Made by a program: the position numbers and the translations under genes | Assembly (NCBI RefSeq): GCF_913776565.1 | Contig: NZ_CAJYPF010000191.1 | Coordinates: forward strand, 1 to 58,008 | DNA length: 58,008 nt | Direction of reading: 5' to 3' | DNA from: an uncultured Microbacterium sp. | GTDB taxonomy: Bacteria > Actinomycetota > Actinomycetes > Actinomycetales > Microbacteriaceae | Notes under the pieces: generated by a model | What the model saw: the letters and a program-made list of their open reading frames with translations, nothing else | Told to the model about the DNA's origin: nothing | Databases searched by the model: none | Part shown: positions 10,740-18,188 of the stretch, in pieces | Layout: each line of letters starts with the position of its first letter | Position numbering within the stretch: position 1 is the first letter of the stretch

Positions 10740-12178
10740 CCGGCGACGACGCTCTCGGTGGGGTTGGCCACCTCGACCGGTCCCTGCGGCGCCGTCACCG
10801 CCGACGGGGCGAGAGTGGGCGAGGTCGTGCTCGCGGCGGGCAGGGCGGGCGCTCCGGCGCTGTCGTAGAGCTGCAGGTCGTCGGTACGCAGGGTGCCGTT
10901 GCCGAAGATCGTGAGCGCGAAGCTGATGCCCGTGTATCCGGCCGGGATCGCGGGAGTCGTCCAGTCGGCCTGCGTCCAGTCGGCCGCGGCGGCGAACCAG
11001 GGGCTCGACGTCCAGTACGACCACGCGCCGGTGCTCGAGCGCAGGTAGACCGCGAACTGCGTCACCCCGCTGGACTGGTACCACTCCCGCAGCGTGTAGG
11101 TCCTGCCGGGGCTGACGGTGGGGGCGCACTGGCCGAGGTCGAACTGCGGCAGCAGCTTGGCGTCGCCGTCGACGTAGTTCGACATCGTGATCGCGCTCGC
11201 GATGACACCGGTGTGGGCGGGGGAGCCGGTCGAGAAGGCGGGCGAGTTCGACCCGTAGCCGCCGCGCATCCAGCAGTCGGGAGCGCCCTGCTCCAGGCTC
11301 GGGTTCACCACGCCGTTGGCGGATCCGGTCACCGCGGGCACGGTCGGTCCGTCGACGACGGGTTTGACGGCGCCGCCGATCACCTCTCCCACGGTCTTGA
11401 CGACCGTGCCCGCCGACGCCCGGGTCTTCAACCAGGCGGTGAACTGCGAGAAGACCGCGGGTGTGACCGCCAGGTCGCTGCAGGCGTTGTCGCACACGTC
11501 GTGGAAGGTGAACTGCACCCACCCTCCGCCGTTCTTCTCGGCGTTGGTCACGCCCGCCTTCAGATCGTCGAGGGTCCACGTGGCGTCGACCTGGTCGAGG
11601 GCCTTGAGGTAATACGGATCGGCGGGTCGGGTCGACTCGGCGTACGCGCAGTCGGGACAGCCGAAGCGGCTGCGGATGTCACCCAGACCGCGCGCACTGT
11701 TGTAGCCGCACGCGGCCGCGGCCTTCTCGACGTCGGGGGTGCTGGACGCGAACGGGTAGGCGAAGCTGCGCAACGAGAACCCCCAGGAGGTGAGGGTCTT
11801 GCGGTCGGTGCAGATCTGACGCTTCGCCTCGTCGACGCTGACCGCGGCCAGGTCGGGATGGGTGACCGTATGTCCGCCGATCTCGTGTCCGGCGTTCTTG
11901 AGCGTCGTCAGATCCGCGCGGCTCATATGGCCCGCCGCGTCGATGAACCCCGAGGGCACGTAGAAGGTCGCCCTCATGCCGTTGGTCTTCAGCGCGGGCA
12001 GGGCGCTCAGCTGATCGGCGTTGGCGTCGTCGAAGGTGAGGCTGACGATGGTGCGGGTGGCCGCCTGCGCGGGGGCGGGGGTGGCGGCCAGGGCTCCGGT
12101 GGTCACCGCCGCGATGGCGACGAGTGCCGTCAGCACTCTTCTCCACCGCGACGTCGGGGCGATCGGAGGTCGGGGCAT
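10736..12178 (-). CDS. Secreted CE4 (NodB-type) polysaccharide deacetylase with C-terminal CBM-like beta-sandwich
   Basis: 480 aa; signal peptide ending AQA; SLTFDD, HEIGGHTVTH, SFAYPF; C-terminal VNPSLE..W..GRTYTL..W..DDL pattern resembling CBM4/9-type modules; AAGGAAG RBS. Confidence 0.88.
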   Translation of the reverse strand: MPRPPIAPTSRWRRVLTALVAIAAVTTGALAATPAPAQAATRTIVSLTFDDANADQLSALPALKTNGMRATFYVPSGFIDAAGHMSRADLTTLKNAGHEIGGHTVTHPDLAAVSVDEAKRQICTDRKTLTSWGFSLRSFAYPFASSTPDVEKAAAACGYNSARGLGDIRSRFGCPDCAYAESTRPADPYYLKALDQVDATWTLDDLKAGVTNAEKNGGGWVQFTFHDVCDNACSDLAVTPAVFSQFTAWLKTRASAGTVVKTVGEVIGGAVKPVVDGPTVPAVTGSANGVVNPSLEQGAPDCWMRGGYGSNSPAFSTGSPAHTGVIASAITMSNYVDGDAKLLPQFDLGQCAPTVSPGRTYTLREWYQSSGVTQFAVYLRSSTGAWSYWTSSPWFAAAADWTQADWTTPAIPAGYTGISFALTIFGNGTLRTDDLQLYDSAGAPALPAASTTSPTLAPSAVTAPQGPVEVANPTESVVAG

Positions 12179-12252
12179 GGGGTCTTCCTTCCGAGTTCTT
12201 CGCGCGGCGTGCGGACGCGGCGCAGGGGAGGGGGCGGGATGCCGCTGCCCGG

Positions 12253-14061
12253 TCACGAGACCGTCACCGACTTCGCCAGGTTGCGCGGCTTGTCGACGTT
12301 GCGCCCCAGGCGCAGGGCGAGCTCGCGCGCGAACATCTGCAGGGGGACGACGCCGTCCAGGGGGCCCCACGAGGGTCCGGACCGGGGGAGGTGCACCGCG
12401 GAACCGCCGACGGTGAGGACGCGTTCGCCGATCCGCACGATACGACCGCCGCGGGCGGTGACCTCGGCGATGTCGACGTCCAGCCGCGGGTCGCCGTTGT
12501 CGACGACGAACACCGGGGTGCCGGCATCCACCAGAGCGAGCGGACCGTGCTTGAGCTCTCCGGCGGGCTGATGCTCGGCCCAGCGATAGGACAGCTCCTT
12601 CAGCTTGAGGGCGCCCTCGGCGGCGTAGACCAGCCCGGAGCCGCGCCCGAGGAAGAGGAAGCCGGATGCCGTGGCGAACTCGGCGGCGAGGGCCGCCGAC
12701 GGCTCCCGCCACTCCTCGACCGCCGCGCGCAGTGCCTCGGGCGCCGCCACGAGGGCGCGCAGGTCGGCGTCGAAGCGGGCCGCGTCGGCGCGTCCCGAGG
12801 CGCAGACACCCGACAGGGCGACGCACACGCCCGTCAGCACCTGAGCGACGAAGGTCTTCGTGGCGGCGACGCCGACCTCGGGCCCGGCGAGGCAGTCGAT
12901 CACCGCGTCGGAGCGCCGCGCGAGGGACGAGGAGGTGCTGTTGGTCAACGCCAGGACGGGACCGCGCCGGGCGGGAAGACGGTCCAGGGCGCGCAGGACA
13001 TCGGCGGTCTCCCCCGACTGGCTGATCGCGATGACGAGCGTCCGCGGCTCCCAGAGATCGTGGACGGCCTCGCTGGCGACCAGGGCGCGGGTGGGCAGGG
13101 CCGCGAGCCGCTCGAAGACCCCGGCGATCGCCTGGCCGGCGTGCAGGGACGTCCCGCACCCGACCACGCAGACGCGATCGACGCCGTCCAGCGGTGGAAG
13201 CCCCAGGCCCTTCCACAGGCGCCCGTCCGCGATGCCCGGGGACAGCGCGTCGACCACCCGACGGGCGACCGCCGGCTGCTCGTCGATCTCGTTTCCCATG
13301 TGATCGTCGTGCCGTCCGGTGCTGCCGAGCAGCGCGGTTCGAGGGACGGGCCAGAGGCCCCGCGGACGGGTGCTGTGGTCGTGGCGATGCCATCGAGGCC
13401 CCGCCCCTCCCACCTCGACGACGTCGTCGTCCTCGAGCACGCGGAACGCCGCGACCTCCCCCACGACCGCTCCCACGTCGCTCGCCAGGTACACGCCGTC
13501 CCCCGTCTCGGCGCAGATCAACGGAGAGGCGTGCGCGGTCCCCGCGATCTCGCCCGACCTCGCGTCGAGCACCACCACGGCCCAGGACCCTTCGAGTCGA
13601 TCCCGGGCGGCGACGAGCGCGTCGCCCAGGTCGACGCCCGGCCGCAGCGCCTGTTCGATCAGATGCGCGATCACCTCGCTGTCGACCTCGGTCGCGAAGC
13701 GATGCCCCGCGGCGCGCAGCTCGGTCCGCAGTGCCTCCGCGTTCTCGACGATGCCGTTGTGCACCACGAACACGCGGCCCCCGCAGTCCTCGATCGGGTG
13801 CGCGTTCTGGGCGGTCACGGCCCCGTGCGTGGCCCACCGGGTGTGTCCGACCGCCGCGGTGGTGGCATCCGTCTCGGCGGGTCCGACCGCCGCAGCGAGG
13901 GCGGCGACGCCGCGGACCGTCCGCTCGTGCAGCGTCGTGCCGTCCGGACGCCGCGCGGCGATCCCGGCGGAGTCGTACCCGCGGTACTCCAGCCGCTCCA
14001 GCGCCGTGCGCGCTCGCGTGGCTGCGGCGGTCGTCCCGCGGAAGGCCGTGATGCCGCACAT
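12253..14061 (-). CDS. glmS: Glutamine-fructose-6-phosphate transaminase (isomerizing), probable pathway-dedicated paralog
   Basis: MCG start (catalytic Cys), LEYRGYDSAG, GHTRWATHG, SQSGETAD, EGALKLKE, GELKHG, RNLAKSVTVS; TGATG overlap with the upstream gene. Confidence 0.95.
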   Translation of the reverse strand: MCGITAFRGTTAAATRARTALERLEYRGYDSAGIAARRPDGTTLHERTVRGVAALAAAVGPAETDATTAAVGHTRWATHGAVTAQNAHPIEDCGGRVFVVHNGIVENAEALRTELRAAGHRFATEVDSEVIAHLIEQALRPGVDLGDALVAARDRLEGSWAVVVLDARSGEIAGTAHASPLICAETGDGVYLASDVGAVVGEVAAFRVLEDDDVVEVGGAGPRWHRHDHSTRPRGLWPVPRTALLGSTGRHDDHMGNEIDEQPAVARRVVDALSPGIADGRLWKGLGLPPLDGVDRVCVVGCGTSLHAGQAIAGVFERLAALPTRALVASEAVHDLWEPRTLVIAISQSGETADVLRALDRLPARRGPVLALTNSTSSSLARRSDAVIDCLAGPEVGVAATKTFVAQVLTGVCVALSGVCASGRADAARFDADLRALVAAPEALRAAVEEWREPSAALAAEFATASGFLFLGRGSGLVYAAEGALKLKELSYRWAEHQPAGELKHGPLALVDAGTPVFVVDNGDPRLDVDIAEVTARGGRIVRIGERVLTVGGSAVHLPRSGPSWGPLDGVVPLQMFARELALRLGRNVDKPRNLAKSVTVS

Positions 14062-15119
14062 CAGACGATCCCGCGGAACGTTCCGGCCCCGGCCAGGGGC
14101 ATGGCATCCGAGCCCAATCGCTCTCGCGAGAGCAGATCGGCCGCGACGCGCAGGATGGTGGTGCCCAACGGCGTGGTGGGTTCGTAGCCCACGAGATCGT
14201 GGGCCTTGGTGTTGTCGGGGACCCGTCGGCGCATGTCCTCGAATCCCGCGGCGTAGGCCTGCTCGTAGGGCACGAGCTGGATCTCGCTCGCGCTGTCGAG
14301 GGTGGCGATGATCTCTCGGGCGAGGTCGAGGATCGAGATCTCCCTCGCGCCGCCCAGGTTGTAAGCCTGGCCGCGTGCCCGCGGATCGCGCTCGATCCGC
14401 ACCATTGCGGGCACGACGTCCTCGACGGCCGAGAAGCAGCGGGTCTGCAGGCCGTCGCCGAAGACGGTGAGCGGTTGGCCCCGCAGGGCCTGGCCGACCA
14501 GATTGGGCAGCACCATCCCGTACCGCCCCGTCTGACGCGGGCCGACGGTGTTGAACAGACGCACGATCGCGACGTCCAGTCCCTCTTGATCGCAGTACGC
14601 CTTGGCGAAGGCCTCGTCGATGCCCTTCGCCCCCGCGTACGTCCACCGCGACAGCAGCGGGTCGCCGAGGACGCGGTCGGAGTCCTCGCGCAGGCGATCG
14701 GCGGTGTTCTTGCCGTACACCTCGCTGGTCGACACCAACAGCACCGAGGCCTGCTGCTCGATCGCGGCCGTCAGCACGTTCTCGGTGCCGTGGATGTTGA
14801 TGCGCAGGCCCCGCAGCGGCTGCTCGACGATGAGCTTGACGCCCACCGCCGCGGCGAGGTGGAACACCCGGTCGCACGAACGCATCGCCTGCGACACCGT
14901 CTGGGGGTTCAGGATCGACCCGTGGATCATCTCGAGGCGGGGGTGGTCGGCGACGCCGGCGAGGTTGCGGGCCGAGCCGGTGGACAGGTCGTCGAGGACG
15001 ACGACCTCGTCGCCCTGGGCGAGCAGCAGCTCGACGAGGTGGCTCCCGACGAATCCGGCGCCGCCGGTGACGAGGGTCCTGAGGCCGGCTCCGCCGGGGA
15101 AGACGGGGATGCCGCTCAC
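14061..15119 (-). CDS. Extended SDR NAD-dependent nucleotide-sugar epimerase/decarboxylase (UXS/ArnA-like)
   Basis: GGAGFVGSHL, FHLAAAVGV, STSEVYG, RWTYAGAK (YxxxK), RLFNTVGPRQ, GDGLQTRCF; GTGA overlap with the upstream dehydrogenase. Confidence 0.88.
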   Translation of the reverse strand: MSGIPVFPGGAGLRTLVTGGAGFVGSHLVELLLAQGDEVVVLDDLSTGSARNLAGVADHPRLEMIHGSILNPQTVSQAMRSCDRVFHLAAAVGVKLIVEQPLRGLRINIHGTENVLTAAIEQQASVLLVSTSEVYGKNTADRLREDSDRVLGDPLLSRWTYAGAKGIDEAFAKAYCDQEGLDVAIVRLFNTVGPRQTGRYGMVLPNLVGQALRGQPLTVFGDGLQTRCFSAVEDVVPAMVRIERDPRARGQAYNLGGAREISILDLAREIIATLDSASEIQLVPYEQAYAAGFEDMRRRVPDNTKAHDLVGYEPTTPLGTTILRVAADLLSRERLGSDAMPLAGAGTFRGIV

Positions 15120-16453
15120 AGGAGCACCCGCCCGGCGATGTCGCTGCTGCGGTAGGTGCCGTCGACGACGAGCGCATCGCCCTCGAGCCACGCCAGGTCG
15201 TCGTCGTGGTGCCGGGTGTGCACGAGCACCACGTCGGGGTGGAACGCGGCCGGGTCGGCGAGCGAGTCGCGCTCGCGGCCGGAGTCGAGGTGGATGTGGG
15301 GAGCGTGGCTGTCGACGTACTGCACCTCCGCCCCCACGTCGATGAGGTGGTCGATGATCTCGAGGGCGGGGGATTCGCGCAGGTCCGCCACATCGGGCTT
15401 GTAGGTCACGCCCACGACGAGGATGCGCGCCCCGAGGGTGCCCTTGCCCGCGCGCCCGAGGACGTCGCGGATGCGTTCGACGACCCGCCGCGGACGGGCG
15501 GCGATGCGGGTCATGGCTTCGGTGATGACCCCCGCATCCACGTGCAGGGCCTTGAGCTGCCACAGCAGGTAGTGCGGATCGCACGGGATGCAGTGCCCCC
15601 CGACACCCGGGCCGGGATAGAACGCCATGAACCCGTAGGGCTTGGTGCTGGCCGCCTCGATGACCTCGGTGACCGGCACGTCGAGCGCCCCGCAGATGTC
15701 GGCGAATTCGTTGGCCAGCGCGATGTTCACCGCGCGGAAGGTGTTCTCGAGGAGCTTGGTCATCTCGGCGGTGGCCAGGCTCGACACGCGGTGCACTCGC
15801 GCGGCGTAGCGGGCGAGCAGGCGGGCACCCTGCTCCTCGCACTGCGGGGTGGCACCCCCGACCACGCGGGGGACGACCTCTTGAGCGAACCCGATGTTGC
15901 CCGGGTCGATGCGCTCGGCGCTGAACGTGACGAACACGTCGCGTCCGATGACGAAGCCGCGCTCGCGCAGGGGCTGCTCGACCAGGTCGTGCGTGCAGCC
16001 GACGTACGTGGTGGAGGTCAGCATGACGAGCTGCCCCGGCCGGACGGCGGCGACGACGGTGGCGCAGGCCGCCCGGAGGGGAGCGAGGTCGGGCACCTGC
16101 TGGTGGTCGACGGGGGTCGGAACGCACACGACGATCGCCGCGGCGCGGGAGAGCTCCGCCGTGTCGCTGGTGAGCCGGAAGCCGGCGGGCGCGCGCAGGG
16201 CGGCGTCGAGGCGCTCGCGGTCGGAGTCGATGAGGTCGGCGCCGCGTGCGGCGATCGTCCGCAGCCGACGCGGTGAGACGTCCAGCGCCAGGACGCGGGA
16301 GCCGCTCGCGTGATAGGCGAGCGCGGTCGGCAGCCCCACGTACCCGAGCCCGACGATCGCGACATCGAAATCGAATGTCGGCGCCTGCGGCTCGGCGGGC
16401 GTCGGGGCCGGCGACGCCGTCAGCGGGACGGCTCGCACATCGAGAGTGGACAT
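15116..16453 (-). CDS. Nucleotide-sugar 6-dehydrogenase, UDP-GlcNAc/ManNAc dehydrogenase (WbpA/TviB/WecC) family
   Basis: GLGYVGLP, CVPTP, ERIDPGN, AEMTKLLENTFRAVNIALANE, GVGGHCIP, YKPDVADLRESP; GGAGG 6 nt before ATG 16453. Confidence 0.92.
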   Translation of the reverse strand: MSTLDVRAVPLTASPAPTPAEPQAPTFDFDVAIVGLGYVGLPTALAYHASGSRVLALDVSPRRLRTIAARGADLIDSDRERLDAALRAPAGFRLTSDTAELSRAAAIVVCVPTPVDHQQVPDLAPLRAACATVVAAVRPGQLVMLTSTTYVGCTHDLVEQPLRERGFVIGRDVFVTFSAERIDPGNIGFAQEVVPRVVGGATPQCEEQGARLLARYAARVHRVSSLATAEMTKLLENTFRAVNIALANEFADICGALDVPVTEVIEAASTKPYGFMAFYPGPGVGGHCIPCDPHYLLWQLKALHVDAGVITEAMTRIAARPRRVVERIRDVLGRAGKGTLGARILVVGVTYKPDVADLRESPALEIIDHLIDVGAEVQYVDSHAPHIHLDSGRERDSLADPAAFHPDVVLVHTRHHDDDLAWLEGDALVVDGTYRSSDIAGRVLL

Positions 16454-16476
16454 CTTCATCCTCCAGGGCAGAGGTC

Positions 16477-16506
16477 CGAGGGGGCGCGGGGGAATGCGCC
16501 CCCTCG
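16477..16506 (-). promoter_or_regulatory. 5'-UTR hairpin ahead of the dehydrogenase operon
   Basis: 11-bp arms CGAGGGGGCGC / GCGCCCCCTCG, about 24 nt upstream of the start codon. Confidence 0.45.
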
Positions 16507-16610
16507 AACGGTCGGGTGCTGCGTTCGCGAACCGCTCGATCGGGGTGTCGGAGTCGGTTCGTCGCCCACCCTGGGCCGGGGCGGCGGGAGCGGTCAAGGA
16601 GCCCGGGCGG

Positions 16611-16709
16611 ATCATGCGGGGTGCCGCGCACCGCATGTCGCGATGCGGGGAACCGCAACCGCACCTGCGGTCCCGGAGCGGTGCGGCGACGGGATCGACG
16701 ACGTAGCGT
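16611..16709. promoter_or_regulatory. Divergent promoter region with clustered TGCGG/CCGCA candidate operators
   Basis: TGCGG at 16615, 16644, 16666, 16682; CCGCA at 16631, 16653, 16659; flanked by -10-like CATGAT (minus, 16611-16616) and TAGCGT (plus, 16704-16709). Confidence 0.5.
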
Positions 16710-16743
16710 CGTGCCGAGACCCGCGCCGCGAACAGGGGATGCC

Positions 16744-16884
16744 ATGACGCCCACCGTCGATCCGACCCGTACCGCCCGGTGCGGGCACCCCATCGTCCGC
16801 CGGGCTCCCGGTATCCGTACCGTCTCCGGCGAAGCCGCCCCTCGGCCGGGTTCGGGTGCGTGCCGCCCGGAGCGACGACGGTGA
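16744..16884 (+). CDS. Possible 46-aa leader or small ORF coupled to the GT2
   Basis: AGGGG RBS-like element, ATG 16744, MTPTVDPTRTARCGH...RPERRR; TGA overlaps the GT2 GTG (GTGA). Confidence 0.3.
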   Translation: MTPTVDPTRTARCGHPIVRRAPGIRTVSGEAAPRPGSGACRPERRR

Positions 16885-18149
16885 CCACCCTGTGGGTCGT
16901 GCTCGTCGCGATCGCCACCGTCGGCGTCTCGACCCTCGTGTGGGGGACGGCCGCCGTCTTCCGGCTTGTGGCCGAGCGCCGGCCGGGCGATGCCCTGCTG
17001 GTGCCGTCGATGTTCTACCGCGCCGACGAGGTGGCCGTGCTCATCGCCGCCCATAACGAGCAACTGGTCATCGCCGACGCGGTGCGCGCCGCACGAGCCC
17101 TGGTCCCGGTGGCGAACGTCTTCGTCGTCTCGGACGGCTCGACCGATGACACCGTCGGACGTGCGCGCGAGGCGGGCGCCACCGCGTGGGACCTCCGCCC
17201 CAACCGCGGCAAGGCCGGCGCCATCCGGGCGGGACTCGGGCACTTCGGCATCCCCGACCGTTTCCCCCTGCTGATGCTCCTCGACGCCGACTCCCGCCCC
17301 CGCCCCGACTACCTGCGCACCGCCCTGCCGCTGTTCACCGACGCAGATGTCGTCGCCGTCGCCGGTCGCGCCACCACCGCCACCGATGCGCCGAACACGC
17401 CGGTGGGGCGTCTGCTCACCGCGTACCGCGAGCGGACGTACGTGTGCACGCAGTACCTGCACAAGTTCGGTCAGGCCGCACGCGGCGCCGACGCCGTCGC
17501 CATCGTGCCGGGCTTCGCGAGCCTGTACCGCACGGACATCCTCGACCGCGTCGACATCGACGCCCCCGGGCTGTCCATCGAGGACTTCAACATGACGTTC
17601 GAGGTGCACGCCAAGCGTCTGGGGCGCATCGCCTTCCACCCCGAGTGCGCCATCGCCGAGACCCAGGACCCGGCGATCCTGCGCGACTACTCGGCCCAGA
17701 TGCGGCGGTGGAGCCTCGGCTTCTGGCAGACCGTGCGCCGGCACGGTCTGCGCCCCGGACTGTTCTGGGCCTCGGTGGGCGTGTTCGCCGTCGAGACCGT
17801 CGTGTCCAGCGTCGCGCTCGCCGCCGTGCTGCCCCTGCTGCTGATCGCGGGCGTCGCGGCCCTGGGCGCGCTCGTGCTGCCGCCCGACGCGGCCGCCGTC
17901 GCCGCATCGGTGGCGCTCGCGCTCCCCGCCGGTCCCGTGGCGATGTCGTTCGTGATCGTGGACGCCCTCATGACGGCGTTCGTCTGCGCCGTGTCGCGGC
18001 AGCGTCCACGGATCTGGATGCTGCTGTTCCCGGTGCTGCGCGTCTGGGACGCCGTGCTGTGCCTGCGGGCGCTGGCCGCCGCGCTCGGACGGCCCTCCGA
18101 CGGTCGGTGGCGCAGCCCCGCCCGGCGCGCCGCGCTGTCGGCGGGATGA
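16881..18149 (+). CDS. Processive GT2 membrane polysaccharide synthase (IcaA/PgaC/CesA-like)
   Basis: 422 aa; N-terminal TM, AAHNE, SDGSTD, GKAGA, DADS, IED, QMRRW (D,D,D,QxxRW), several C-terminal TMs; GGAG RBS before GTG 16881. Confidence 0.88.
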   Translation: MTTLWVVLVAIATVGVSTLVWGTAAVFRLVAERRPGDALLVPSMFYRADEVAVLIAAHNEQLVIADAVRAARALVPVANVFVVSDGSTDDTVGRAREAGATAWDLRPNRGKAGAIRAGLGHFGIPDRFPLLMLLDADSRPRPDYLRTALPLFTDADVVAVAGRATTATDAPNTPVGRLLTAYRERTYVCTQYLHKFGQAARGADAVAIVPGFASLYRTDILDRVDIDAPGLSIEDFNMTFEVHAKRLGRIAFHPECAIAETQDPAILRDYSAQMRRWSLGFWQTVRRHGLRPGLFWASVGVFAVETVVSSVALAAVLPLLLIAGVAALGALVLPPDAAAVAASVALALPAGPVAMSFVIVDALMTAFVCAVSRQRPRIWMLLFPVLRVWDAVLCLRALAAALGRPSDGRWRSPARRAALSAG

Positions 18150-18151
18150 GG

Positions 18152-18183
18152 GGGAGGGATGCCGAGGGCCCGGCATCCCTCCC
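18152..18183. terminator. GGATGCC-core hairpin between the convergent GT2 and LAL genes
   Basis: 13-bp arms GGGAGGGATGCCG / CGGCATCCCTCCC, 6-nt loop. Confidence 0.7.
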
Positions 18184-18188
18184 GTCCC

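Noticed and set aside
14062-14200. glmS ribozyme upstream of glmS
   Set aside because: The glmS start overlaps the upstream stop codon, so there is no UTR to hold it
10736-18176. Apparent giant ORFs 10736-14107, 12253-15393 and 14061-18176 suggesting fusions
   Set aside because: Only the C-terminal part of each is a real protein; true starts are marked by an RBS or stop/start overlaps at 12178, 14061 and 15119
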